A stretch of DNA of 63,749 nucleotides, filler included, from Craspedostauros australis (Eukaryota), in the NCBI GenBank assembly GCA_030167865.1. It is 6 parts of 6 records of this genome, joined end to end, with 100 filler letters (N's around TTAATTAATTAA, not from the genome) between each part and the next. Parts side by side here need not be neighbours in the genome. Positions count along the whole stretch, not along the records: positions 6,654 to 36,108 come from JALAGF010003495.1; positions 36,209 to 43,117 come from JALAGF010003496.1; 4 more parts are not named here. One strand, written 5' to 3'. A program made the translations under genes and the position numbers. Positions 24,147 to 36,607 of the stretch are shown piece by piece. The notes below the pieces were generated by a model. It saw only the letters and a list, made by a program, of their open reading frames with translations, ran no database searches and had not been told where the DNA came from. Position 1 is the first letter of the stretch, and each line of letters opens with the position of its first letter.

Positions 24147-26743
24147 TTAGAAACATTGAGTGCAGCAGGAGCAAGAAGTGACCGAACATGATGCCTCGAA
24201 ACGGCTGGCCACTTCAGTATCGATTACGGAAGTGCAGAAGGTGTTCTCAATGGCATCGAAGTCAAGCTGATTGCCTACCAGATTGAGCAGAGACAGCGGG
24301 AATGGCCACACTCTGACGTAGTCTCGCGGGATGGTCCCGACGAAGCTGTTGTTGGACAGATCCAGCCGTTCTGTTGATGTCGTAGGCATCGTGTGGCATG
24401 ATGCAAGTAGGAAGATTCGATGGGTGTGTGGTTGACATGCGTGTACATTCGAAGATGGTGTGTGGCACGAAAGAAGGCAACGGTTGTCAGCAGATTGTGG
24501 TGCGCATTTCCTCCTTGTCGAGATCGCCGTCGCCGTCATCATCGTCACCAGCTCAGCACAGCACGCGGCTTTCAATTTGCAGCGCACTTACGGATTGTCG
24601 TTATTTTGCCGAGTTCCGACGGTAACTGTCCGGAGAGCTCGTTGGAGGAGAACATCCCTTCTTCCAGCAGAAGCATTTTACCAAATTGCGTTGGTACTGC
24701 TCCGCCAACACCAGTCGCATCAATCCACAAGTCTTGCAGCCGTGACAATGCACCCAAGGCTGTGGGCAAAGTACCGCCGAGGTTCAGGTTGGACAGATGC
24801 AACGCGGTCAGGGACGTCAATTTTCCAAGTTCCGTGGGTATGGACGGTCGATTCCTCCCACCTGGCATCGTGATCGGATTGTCGGAAAGATTCAGCTCCT
24901 CGATATCCTTCAGCATTGCCAGCTCGACGGGTATGGTCCCGGATAGATTGTTGTCAATCAGCAGGAGCCGCGTGATGCGTTTGTTATCGCAGATGATCTT
25001 TGGAGTTGGTGATACCTGGCCCCATTCGCATACGTCTGCAGCAGTCAGCCACTTTGTTCTGTCATCCCAGTTGTCACCATCCGTACTGAAGTACAGCGTT
25101 GCCAGCGTGTACCGCTCAATCAAGGTAAATGCGGCCTTATGTGCTGTGCCATCCTCGATCAAGGGGACATCCCATGATGATTCAACGTCAGTCTCTGCCA
25201 GCCATTCAAACGCTCTGTACTGAGGAGAGCTGGTGTCGGAGAGGCTGTCGGCATTGACTACAAAGGCGTCGAGCCACTCCAGAAGTTCCAAATGATGTGG
25301 CTCCAAATCCAAAGCGACTCGCCGCGAAGGTGCTTCGGTCGGCACAATCGTTGGAGGATTGCGGTTATCCAGAATGTCACCTCTCGTGCCACTGCTGTCA
25401 TTGCTTCCGCCGCTGTTGCCATCCTTATCACGCAGCAGAACAAAAACAACAACGACCGTCACGACGATGATGCAGCAGGTTAGAACCAATGCGACCAATA
25501 TCATCAGCCGTCCCTTGGATGGGGTTGCTCTCATATCGTCGCTGCTCTGATCCTCTTCCTTTTCGTCATCACTTCCGTCCTCCGCTGCCTCTTGGTCTCG
25601 TTGGGGATCTCGGCTGGTCTCTTGACGCGCAACACTAACGGCCGCGACCGGCATGGCATGAGTCACGCCGGTTAAGATATCATTCCGTATTTCGGCGTGC
25701 AACTCTTCGTCGGAGATAGGCCGGGCATTTGAAAGGGACGGGGCGACGACGGCAGTTGTGGACGTAGCAGCTGGCGCGGCTGGATTTGAAGCAGCGTCAT
25801 GGTTGCTGGTGCTGCGCGCATTGTGATGGCTGCTCGCGTGCATCGTCGTGAGTCTCAGCAAGTCGGTTGTGCTTCCCACAAGACTCAGTTCGTCATCATC
25901 GCCACTGCCCCGCGTGCCAGCGATGCGGATTGCGCCAATCTCTTGCGCGGAGTTTTGATCAAAGCTCATCTGGTTCTGGTTGAGGCTCTCATGGAATTCG
26001 GCCAATCGTTGATCCGGACTCGTCTCGTCGGGTCCAGGCACAAGGAGCAAATCTGCGACGCCGAGGTTCTGCAACTTCTCCGCCGGCGTTGTGTCTTTGG
26101 CATTTCTCTGCGCTTGCCGTCTCGCTGCGCGTTCGTGAAAAGATCCAGGCGATGTTGCGCTGCCATTCTTGGACTTCCCTTTCTTCTCACTCATGACTGA
26201 ATCAGCCTTACTTGCAAAATCGCTCACTTTGGAGTCCGCGTTGGAATATCGGTCGGTGTCGTTCGCCGAATCGAAAGCGGTGATGGATGATTCATGATCT
26301 TCGGATGAGGGCCGGGAGCTCTGATTGTGAGATTTCGACTTGGCGTCATCTGTCGCCGATGAGGACGCTGTTGCTTGCTTCTTTTTTTTCTTCTTTGGCT
26401 TGGTCTTGGCCTTCGTCTTTGGGGTCGGGCTCGCATTGGGGTCACTGTTGTCTTCGTCTTTGCTTGGCTTTGGCTTCGACTTTTTCTTCTTGCGTTTGCC
26501 TTTGCTTTTCTTCTTGCCATCTTGGTTCTCCTCCGCGGGGTCATTTGCTGCTGGCGGCGATTGCGATGGTTCTTGCGATGTGTTGGTCACGTCATCATTG
26601 GCATTGTCACGGTTGCCATCATTGTCGTCGCTGCTCCTGCTGTTGCCTGCATGGACGACGTATCGCTGCTGGATCATCTCCTCGATGAATTGAGAATCCT
26701 GCCAGGCGAGGTCATCATCGGACATGAACTCCAGCTCTGCCAT
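24147..26743 (-). CDS. LRR receptor-like type II membrane protein, paralog 1; exons 24592-26743 and 24147-24370
   Basis: Disordered N-terminus, TM segment LMILVALVLTCCIIVVTVVVVFVLL, LRR N-cap (SPQYRAFEWLA...ERYTLATLYFST.G..W...CEW), plant-type LxxNxLSGxIP repeats, C-terminal CSCC. The intron is in frame. Confidence 0.88.
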
Positions 26744-28714
26744 GGTGCCTGCCTGGTTGAGCGTTCGGCCAGATGATGGGAATGATTGATTCCTTGTACC
26801 GGCGGCTGAGCACCTCGCAGGTATCGTCAACAGAACCGAACAAAGACAGCGGCTACTCTGCGCTGTCAAATGGCGGAGGATGGCGCAGCCGATGATGCGA
26901 ACGGAACGTTTGAAGGGCCAACGGAGATAATGATTGTTGCCGTCACTGTGGTTGTTCGTTCTTCTGTTCAATTCCTCTCTGTCTGTATGTCTCTACCTCT
27001 CTCGTCGATGTTCAATTGGTATGCATGATTGTCACTCCCCAACATGTGCATGTTGTTTCCAACGAAGCATGCCATCAGCGATAACGCGAGGTGCAGAGTT
27101 TTGGCCGGTTTTGGACGCTGATTTGCTCCGTATTGGTTGCGTATGGGAGAAGCGACAATTGTGTATATGTATTTATTTCTCGTTCTTTCGTCTCCGATCC
27201 GTCTTCAACGTCACAAGGACCAAAACGACCTTGCGAAACACCAATCACAACACATAGCGGAACTTCATCAGTTCTGTTTCGTTCTGATGGAATGGTTGCG
27301 TGGCAAGGGTACTCGCGAAGTGTTTTTTGCCATAGTGCTTGTGCACATTTAGCGAAATTATGCGCAAAACTACCTGTCCCCCAAGACCAACAACCGGTTG
27401 AGAACACCAAACTCCACACAAGACGACAATGGGAAACAGAACACAACTTCCCAAGCGCCATCAAACGGCATCAACGGCACTGAAACAACCAGCAGTCCAA
27501 TGCAGAATTCAAGCACACAACCAAAACCTCCATATGAATATTAGTGGCTGGACAAGGTGGGATGTGAAGTTGTTGATTTGGGGGCATGACAGGCAAACAA
27601 GTGACAGAAATGATTTGCAGGTTAATCTGCTCTTTGGATATGAGATTTGTATGGAATACACAGGCCATTCTGACAACTATGGATGGGCAAGACGCATCCA
27701 AGGGGTGATGAAGAAGGTACCCATGAAGTTTGATGCTCAGGGGTGGCCTGGAAGGTGTTGACGGAAAGAAAAAAGTGGAGGGCAAGGGTTTTGTGCAGGG
27801 TGGCATAGCACCGATCACATGGCTTCGGCGGTGATGGGTGCCACATGCAAGTCACCCAGACAAGATGTGTTCACAATCAACTCAAGATGATCATGGCAAA
27901 GTCTCCTCCATGCATATTGTCTGGAAGAGGCTGCAGTTGGGAATGCACACCACAGGTCGTTTTTGGCATTAGCAAAAACAGCACCAAGGCATCATCATAT
28001 AGAGGTGCAACATTGGAGATATGGACACCCAACCCATTCTAAATGCATCAGTGTGTTGCCAGGGCATGTGGGAACACAAAAGGGGCATGATGAGGGGCTG
28101 CAAGGGTCATATCGACAAGATACAGATCCTAATATGAACAGCATCCGCATCGAAAATGGTTTTTCGAAATCGCTCGGTTTCAGTGCAGGGAGGCTTTGGG
28201 GAGTATGTGATGCGGATATCTGTGGAGAGGCTTCATGGAGCAGATATATGGGGGGTTTATGGAGTCAATGTGGTGCACAGATTGCAGATATGCCAGGATG
28301 ATGATGATCATGGGTGCTGAGGGGAGGGCAGCGTGGTGTCATCTGGAATATTGTTGAACCTACAACACCACAAACAACAAGCCAAAATGAGGTTAAAATA
28401 ATGCAAATATCATTTAACTTCACTGTTCAGAATCACTGATTGTCAGGTGTATACATACACTATTTAATTTTGATTGGAAACGATGTTGTTGAGGTATAGC
28501 ATCATGAGCAGTTATTTGAATGGTTGTTGGTTGTGCTCAGAATTAGCCTGTTTAACACCATTCGTCACCCACACAACTCTACAACCTGTGTTATTGTTCA
28601 CTGCATTCATCGATGGGAGCAGTACATACGTTATGCCTGTTGTATTGCTACAGTCTCCCTAGATTTTTTGTGCTCTGTCACAGCACATCAGCATTGCCTC
28701 TATCAATGGGTCCC

Positions 28715-31541
28715 TCAAGCGCAGTGGGTGCAACAACTGCACGTTGTGGTCGGACAGGACGCTTCCAGTCGAGTCGCAGCATTGGTGTTCATCTGGGGGC
28801 CGCAAAAGGTGTCCTCGATCGCGCTCTTGGTGAAGTTGTTCTGAGAGAGATGAATTTGGGTGAGTGGAAATGGCCAAGATAAGTACTCCGGCGGGATCGT
28901 GCCATCGAAGTTGTTGCCCTTAATGTTGAATTCCTCTGCCAACCGGTGAATGTTCACAAGATGTTGTATCGGCCATACATAAGTGGGATGAAATGAAGCA
29001 AAGGAAAGCCGCGCAAGGGAAATCAAACGACGGGGGCATCGCACGTGAGTTTACAATGTTGGGTTCTGCAATCATCAATCAATGCAAATTTCGCGCCGGA
29101 TCATGATCATCGACATTCGTTTGCCCCGCCCATGTATCACCCAACACAGCGCAGTGCAGCAAAGCACAGGGAACCACTGCGTGGAAGGCTTGAGGCACAA
29201 TCAACTCACCTATTGCGGGCCACTTGCCAAGTTCGGACGGCAGTTGCCCAGACAGAGAGTTTTCCCTGAAGAACAATTCCCGCAGGCTGGAAAGATCGCC
29301 GTACTGCGTTGGAATTGTTCCGCGGATCCCCGTTGAGTCCAACCTTAAGCTTTGCAACAGGTTCAGAGAAGCCAGTTCCGTCGGCAAGGTGCCACCAAGG
29401 TTCGATTCCGACAAATCCAACGATGTGAGCTGTGGCAGCAACCCGAAGAATGTTGGGATGCCTGGAGGCTCATCCGAGCTGGGCCACACAACGGAGCTGC
29501 CTGGTATTGCAAATGATTCCAATGATTTGAGCATCACAATCTCCCTCGGTATGACACCCGACAGATTGTTATGGAATAGTCGCATGCGAACAATGTTATC
29601 CCCGATACACGCTTTGTTGGTTCTCGCAGAAATGTACGCCCATTCGCAGACATGTGTGGTGGTGACCCAATTGGTGCTCTCGCTCCACCCATCGCCACCC
29701 ATGCTGTAGTACAGAGTTGCCATGGCGTATCGTTCCAGCAACCCACGCGCCGTCGGTGAGTCCGGGCCATCTTCGGTCGCTGGAATATCCGTCGCATCAT
29801 CTATTGCCGTTGTGGCGAGCCATTCGAATGATCTGTACTGTGGCGATTCAAGGTCGGACAGGGCGTCTGGGTCGATGGCAAACTCCTTGAGCCATTTCAA
29901 GAATTCGGCGTGGTGGCTCTCCAATTCTGAGTCGATCGGAGATGAAGGCGATGACACTGGCGATGTTGTGGGGGGAATGGTCCTCCGTTGCTCATCATCG
30001 CCATTGGTACTGCTGCTCCCACCACCTCCATTGTCTCGGGATAGCACAAGAACAACTGTTATCGCCACGATGATGATAATGATGATGCATGTCACAGCCA
30101 ACGCGACGAGCGCGAAGACTCGTCGGCGAGATGAACCGCTGTCAGACTGGTCATCATCGTCGCTGTCTTTGTCGCTAGCGATGTTGCTGTGCCCAATCCT
30201 GTCTCGCACGCTCCTGTGTCTTCTGCTTGTTGGATGATGCGATGAAACCGCCTCCTCCTCATCACCTTCCAAACTAACAATCGCCGTTGCTTCAGTTGTG
30301 GCTGGCGTGGCCATTGTCACGGTGGACAAGATGTCATTTCGTATCTCCTCGATCAATGCGTCTGTGGACACGCCTATGGCAACAGGCGCTGGCGATGTAC
30401 TGTCTACTTGCGTTGGCATGTTTAGCGCCGAGTCGCTGTCGAGACCAAAGCCGGCTGATACCATTCTCGCCATGTTGGTGGAACTGCCCGTACCTGTGCC
30501 GTTGATTCCAGGCACATGCACCGCACCGATTTGTGGTTGCTGAGGAGTACCGTTACGAGCGGCACCGTTTGGAGTGGTCTCTACGCTGTTGTGCGGAGTG
30601 GAGTGAAGGCTTGCCTTTCTTTGAGCTTCCGAACCGCCATATGGAATGTGGCCGTGGTTTGCATGTGCCTTTGCATTTGCATTTACATTTGCAGCTGCAT
30701 GTGCCTTTGCATGTGCATTTGATGTGTTGGAGATGTTCGTTGCGTTGCCTTGGTGAGAAAACGAGAGATGGTCAGCCTTGGTTTTGTAAATTTCATTGAC
30801 GAGACGATCTCCGTGCGCCATTGGATCATTGCTGGCCCAAGTAACCTCATGCGTGAGGGGCGTTGCGGACACGGAGTTTGGCTTGGGACCGTTCGTTGCT
30901 GGTGCGTTGGTGTTTGTGATAGGCGGTGATCGCATGTTCACGACCGATGGCAACGAAGATGTTGACATTTGTGCTGATGTGACTGCTGACGATACCGACG
31001 ATGACGGTGCGAGTGCGGATGTAGACTCGAATGTTTCTGAAGACTTCTGCTTCTTTGTTTTCGTCTTTCTGGCTGCCCGCTTTTTCTTCTTGGTCTTGGA
31101 GCTCTGATCGCCTTCGCTATTCCGGTTTGCTCGTTCCTTTTGCGTGAGCGTCGCAGCTCCCTCCTCTGTTTCGGCGCGTGCCTCAGGTTGAGTCATCATG
31201 CCAGCTCCCGTGGTGCTATTCTTGTTTTTACTTTTCTTCTTGCCTGTCTTCTTCTTCTTCTTTGTGGCAGCAGCAAATGCTGCTGCTGTTGATGATGGTT
31301 GGGATGTGATGTTTGAAGGTGTACTCAGATTGAGGCTGTCGTCTTTCATCATACTTGTGCCTGTGCCATGGGTATTTCTGCCTGAGCCGTTGCCAGTACC
31401 GATTCCATCGTCGTCACCGATTCCTCCGTCGTCCTTCTCGTCGTTGTTTTCTGTTAATCCGAGAATTAGCTCAGAATAGTGCTGGTGCTGCTCAGCATCT
31501 GAGCCACCGTAGTAGTGTTGGGGACTATCCTGGGACGTCAT
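28715..31541 (-). CDS. LRR receptor-like type II membrane protein, paralog 2; exons 29210-31541 and 28715-28935
   Basis: Same architecture and intron position as paralog 1 (gtgagt...ggcag). Confidence 0.88.
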
Positions 31542-32371
31542 GGCTGTGGCGCTGACTCTCTCTGGAGGATGGATTCAACTGCTCCGTTCGTGGGAGTCTT
31601 TGGTCCATCCACACGAGCAGTGCGTCGCCTCGGTCTACGAGCAAATGTGATTGTGCTCTGTATTGGTATATGATGTGGTACGAGCGTTGTGTGGTATGCA
31701 ATTGTGCCACAAGTACGAGCTGTGCGAAATGTCTCATTCTTCGTTGTTTGTGTGTGGTTGTGTCTGTGTTTGGTTTTGTGATGCTGCTTCCACACTCTCG
31801 CGCTGTCTTGTTTTTCGCTTGTGTGAATGGATAGTGAGTCCTGGAGTCTGCATCCACCTCGTGGCGATATGACCAACGAATTTAGTAAGTCCTGTGTTTA
31901 ACGCGACGACTGCGGCAAAACTGGCTGTTCGCCATCTGTTTGATTCCTTCGAACGATAGTGTGTCCCTATCCATTTCCACATAGTCAAACACTGCGATTC
32001 CAGTTCATCTTGGTCTTTGATACTGTGATGGTACCATACATGCTACACAATCAAGTATAGCTATGTTCTCTCTACCGATTGCATTGCTGCAGTCCAACTC
32101 TCCAGAGATTGCTCGCGAGGTGGCGATAACGGGCGTGAAGAAGACCGCGGCAGAGCGAATGACACGACAGCGGGGACAGATACTACGCGTTTTGTCTTGG
32201 CGGCCCTGTCCACCCGAGGTGGGTGGGTGGGGTTGTGAAAAGCCTGATCGATGGAGTCTCCGCATAGATTGCGAGCAGCAGGCGAATGAATAGAATTCTA
32301 CTTCAACATTACCATATAATAGATTATTCGTAACATGCTTCACATCTGCATTGCCTCCAACAATGGGTCCC

Positions 32372-35225
32372 TCAAGAGCATGCGGTGCAACAACTGCACG
32401 TTGTGATCGAACAGGATGCTTCCAGTCGAGTCGCAGCATTGGTGTTCATCTGGGGGCCGCAAAAGGTGTCCTCGATCGCGCTCTTAGCGAAGTTGTTCTG
32501 AGAGAGATTAATTTGGGTGAGCGGAAATGGCCAAGATAAGTACTCCGGCGGGATGGTGCCTTCGAAGTTGTTGTTCTTGATGTTGAATTCCTCTGCCAAC
32601 CGGTGAATGTTCACAAAGATGTTGGGATGGAGTCAAGCAGAGGAAAGCCGCGCAAGGGAAATCAAACGACGGAGGCATCGCACGTGAGTTTACAATGTTG
32701 GGTTCTGCAATCATCAATCAATGCAAATTTCGCGCCGGATCACGATCATTGACATTTGTTTGCCCCGCCCATGTATCATACAGTGCAGTGCAGAGCAGTG
32801 CAGTGCAGTGCAGTGCAGCAAAGCACAGGGAACCCGCTGCGTGGAATGCTTGAGGCACAATCAACTCACTTATTACGGGCAACTTGCCAAGTTCGGGCGG
32901 CAGTTGCCCAGACAGAGAGTTGTCCCCAAAGAACAAATCCTCCAGGCTGGAAAAATTGTCGTACTGCGTTGGAATTGTTCCACGGATCCCCGTTGAATCC
33001 ACCCTTATTTTTTCCAATAGGGTCAGGGAACCCAGTTCCGTCGGCAAGGTGCCACCAAGGTATATACCCGACAAATCCAACGCCGACAGCTGTGGCAGCA
33101 ACCCGAGGAATGTTGGGATGCCTGGAGGCTCATCCGGGCTGGGCCACACAACGGAGCTGCCTGGTATCGTAAATGATTCCAATGATTTGAGCATCACAAT
33201 CTCCCGCGGTATGACGCCCGACAGATTGTTATGGAATAGTCGGATGCGAACAATGTTATCCCCGATACACGCTGCCCTGTCTCTTGGAGCAGCGTGCTCC
33301 CAATCGCAGACATGTGCGGTGGTGACCCAATTGGTGCTCTCGCTCCACCCATCGCCACCCATGCTGTAGTACAGAGTTGCCATGGCGTATCGTTCCAGCA
33401 ACCCACGCGCCGTCGGTGAGTCCGGGCCATCTTCGGTCGCTGGAATATCCGTCGCATCATCTATTGCCGTTGTGGCGAGCCATTCGAATGATCTGTACTG
33501 TGGCGATTCAAGGTCGGACAGGGCGTCTGGGTCGATGGCAAACTCCTTGAGCCATTCCAAGAATTCGGCGTGGTGGTTCTCCAATTCTGAGTCGATCGGA
33601 GATGTGGGCGATGACACTGGTGATGTGGGCGACGACACTGGTGATGTGGGCGATGACACTGGTGATGTGGGCGATGACACTGGCGATGTTGTGGGGGGAA
33701 TGGTCCTCCGTTGCTCATCATCGCCATTGGTACTGCTGCTCCCACCACCTCCATTGTCTCGGGATTGTACAACAACAACTGTTATCGCCACGATGATAAT
33801 GATAATGATGATGCATATCACAGCCAACGCGACCAGCGCGAAGACTCGTCGGCGAGATGAACCGCTGTCAGACTGGTCATCATCGTCGCTGTCTTTGTCG
33901 CTGGCGGTGGTGCTGTGTCCAATCCTGTCTCGCACGCCCCTGTGTCTCCTCCTCGTTGGACGATGCGACGAAACCGCCTCCTCGTCATCGCAGTCCGAAC
34001 TATCGATCACCGCTTCTCCAACTGTGGCTGGCGTGGCCATTGTCACGGCGGACAAGATGTCGTTTCGTATCTCTTCGATCAGTGCGTCTGTGGACACGCC
34101 CGCGGCAACAGGCGTTGACGACGCGTTGTCTACTTGCGTTGGCATGTTTATCGCTGAGTCGCTGTCGAGACTAAAGCCGGCTGATGCCATTCTCGCCATG
34201 ATGGTGGAACTGCCCGTATCTGTGCCGTCGATTCCAGGCACATGCACCGCACCGATTTGCGGTTGCTGAGGAATATCGTTACGAGCGGTACCGTTTGGAG
34301 TGGTCTCTACGCTGCTGTGCGGAGTGGGGTGAAGGCTTGCCTCTATTTGAGCTTCCAAACCGCCATATGGAATGTGGTTGTGGTTGGGGTTTGCATGTGC
34401 ATTTGCATTTGATGTATTGGAGATGTTCGCTGCGTTGCCTTGATGAGAAAACAAGAGATGGTCAGCCTTGGTTTTGTAAATTTCATTGACGAGACGATCT
34501 CCGTGCGCCATTGGATCATTGCTGGCCCAAGTGGCCCCATGCGTGAGGGGCGTTGCGGACACGGAGTTTGGCTTGGAACCGTTCGTTGCTGGTGCGTTGG
34601 TGTTTGTGATAGGCGGAGATCGCACGTTCGTGACCGATGGCAAAGAAGCTGCTGGCATTTGTGCTGCCGCGGCTGCTGCCGACAACGATGATGACGGTGC
34701 GCGTGCGGATGTAGACTCGAATGTTTCTGGAGACTTCTTCTTCATTGTCTCCCTCCTGGTCGTCCTCCTTTTCTTCTTGGTCTTGGAGCTCCGACTGCCT
34801 TCGCTATTCCGGTTTGCCCGTTCCTTTTGCGTGAGCGCTGCGGCTTCCTCCTCTGTTTCGGCGCGTGCCCCAGGTTGAGTCATCATGCCAGCTCCCGTGG
34901 TGCTATTCTTGGTTTTCCTTTTCTTTTTCTTCTTCTTCTTCTTTGTGATAGCAGCAAATGCTGCTGCTGATGCGGATGATGGTTGGGATGTGATGATTGA
35001 AGGTGTACTCAGATTGACGTTGTCTTCTTTCATCATCCTCGTACTTGTGCCATGAGTATTTCTGCCTGAGCCGCTGCCAGCACCGACTCCATTGTCATCA
35101 CCGATTCCTCCGTCGTCGTGATCGTTGTTGTTTTCTGTTAATCCGAGAATTAGCTCAGAATAGTTCTCGTGCTGCTCAGCAGCTGATCCATCGTGGCAGT
35201 ATTGGGGTCCATCCTGGGATGTCAT
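32372..35225 (-). CDS. LRR receptor-like type II membrane protein, paralog 3; exons 32870-35225 and 32372-32592
   Basis: Close tandem duplicate of paralog 2, including the intron and UTRs. Confidence 0.88.
32781..32819. repeat. (CAGTG)n pentamer expansion in the paralog 3 intron
   Basis: About 7 units here versus about 2-3 at 29147-29160 in paralog 2. Confidence 0.85.
33600..33690. repeat. 21-bp coding tandem repeat (SSPTSPV) in the stalk of LRR paralog 3
   Basis: GATGTGGGCGATGACACTGGT repeated about 4 times; paralog 2 has about 1 unit. Confidence 0.9.
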
Positions 35226-35504
35226 GATTGTGGCGCTTACTCTCTCTCTCTCTCTCTCGAACTCTCTCGCTTTGGGGGATGGATTCAACTGCTCCGTTCG
35301 TTGAAGTCTTTGGTCAATCCACACGAGCAGTGCGTCGCCTCGGTCTCTGAATTCCTGTGCTCTCTTGTATCGCTTCGCGCGGTCTGCAAACAAATGTGGT
35401 TGTAGTCTGTATTGGTAGTATGATGAGGAACGAGTGCAGTATGAAAGTAATTGTGTCGCAAGTACGAACTGTGCGAAATGTCTCATCCAGCGTCGTATCC
35501 CACT

Positions 35505-36108
35505 AGAGAGTTATCGCATTCAGCTCCCTCAGCTGATGTCAATTGTCACAGTTCGCATTGACTCTCGAGCAGAGAAACTGCACAGGACTGATTCGTGACA
35601 TAATACTGCATGGATTAACTCGAGCGCTTTTGAGTCTATCCTATTCCCAAGGTATCAAGTTTAGACAAGTTCGTTGCATTTCCGGTTTGGCAACATCCTA
35701 TTTTGGTCATTCCTGTTCTGAGATTGTAGATGACGGCCAGGGAATAGAAATATATATTAATTCGTTGTGATGGGTGTGTCATCGTTGTTCTCTTGGATGT
35801 TGGTGTCCGAAATTGAATGCATACAGTGTAGCGTTGCGACAAACATAGATCATTGACAACGACAAGAACGACCAAAACGGTCAAAATGAAGCAATATTAT
35901 TGGCTACAAGTTTAGTTACGCGTGGAAGTGATAATTTTGCCAGGACTCCACGAGCTGAGATGATTTCAGTTCAGAGCGTCGGAACTGAGTTCTCATCAGT
36001 TCGCCGAGGGGGAAGTTCGCATCCCGCCCCTCGAAAAGTGTCTCTATCAGGTTATGACTCCCTCCTGGGACTGGTCGTGACTGGGTGAGCTGAGTGCGAT
36101 AACTCTCT
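35505..36108. mobile_element. Non-autonomous TIR element (MITE, 604 bp), probably related to PIF/Harbinger
   Basis: 28-bp TIRs match 25/28 (agagagttatcgcattcagctccctcag versus the reverse complement of ctgggtgagctgagtgcgataactctct). No credible coding region. Right subterminal sequence resembles 52780-52853. Confidence 0.8.
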
Positions 36109-36208
36109 NNNNNNNNNNNNNNNNNNNNNNNNNNNNNNNNNNNNNNNNNNNNTTAATTAATTAANNNNNNNNNNNNNNNNNNNNNNNNNNNNNNNNNNNN
36201 NNNNNNNN
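36109..36208. other. Assembly gap with linker
   Basis: N-run containing TTAATTAATTAA. Confidence 0.97.
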
Positions 36209-36607
36209 CATGCCTCACGACGATCCGCAATCGGCGTGATGGGTGTCCGATCTGCCGCGCAAGGATTGTGACGATTGCGTCCCGCGCTATCGCGAGAGTG
36301 TCATGATCGAGTGTTGGCCGTGCAGCAATACAGGATGTTCCTCAGCATCAATGGCAGCATTCATCGTTCTCCAGTCACTCGGAACCAATGATTCATTCCT
36401 TACAACTATATATCGCAATATGTACGTACTACCTACGGAGTAAAATGCCATGGCGGTTGAATACCAACACCAATGTGTATGGCACTGTCACGGAGTAATT
36501 GGTGTGTCTTCATCACGAGTCGTAGCCAGCGCCATCAACTCTTGATGTGCGATTCATAGAATGCGCCTTTCACAGTCCACCAGGCAACCAACCAATCATT
36601 CAACGGA

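Noticed and set aside
26744..26971. N-terminal ORF extensions of the LRR, hydrolase and monooxygenase genes (also 35226-35486, 8316-8399, 19632-19793)
   Set aside because: Not conserved between paralogs or begin at non-ATG codons; downstream ATGs were used instead.
33600..33690. Possible CRISPR-like array
   Set aside because: Direct tandem 21-mers without spacers, in frame within a eukaryotic gene, and no cas genes. No CRISPR, tRNA or rRNA was recognised anywhere in the window.
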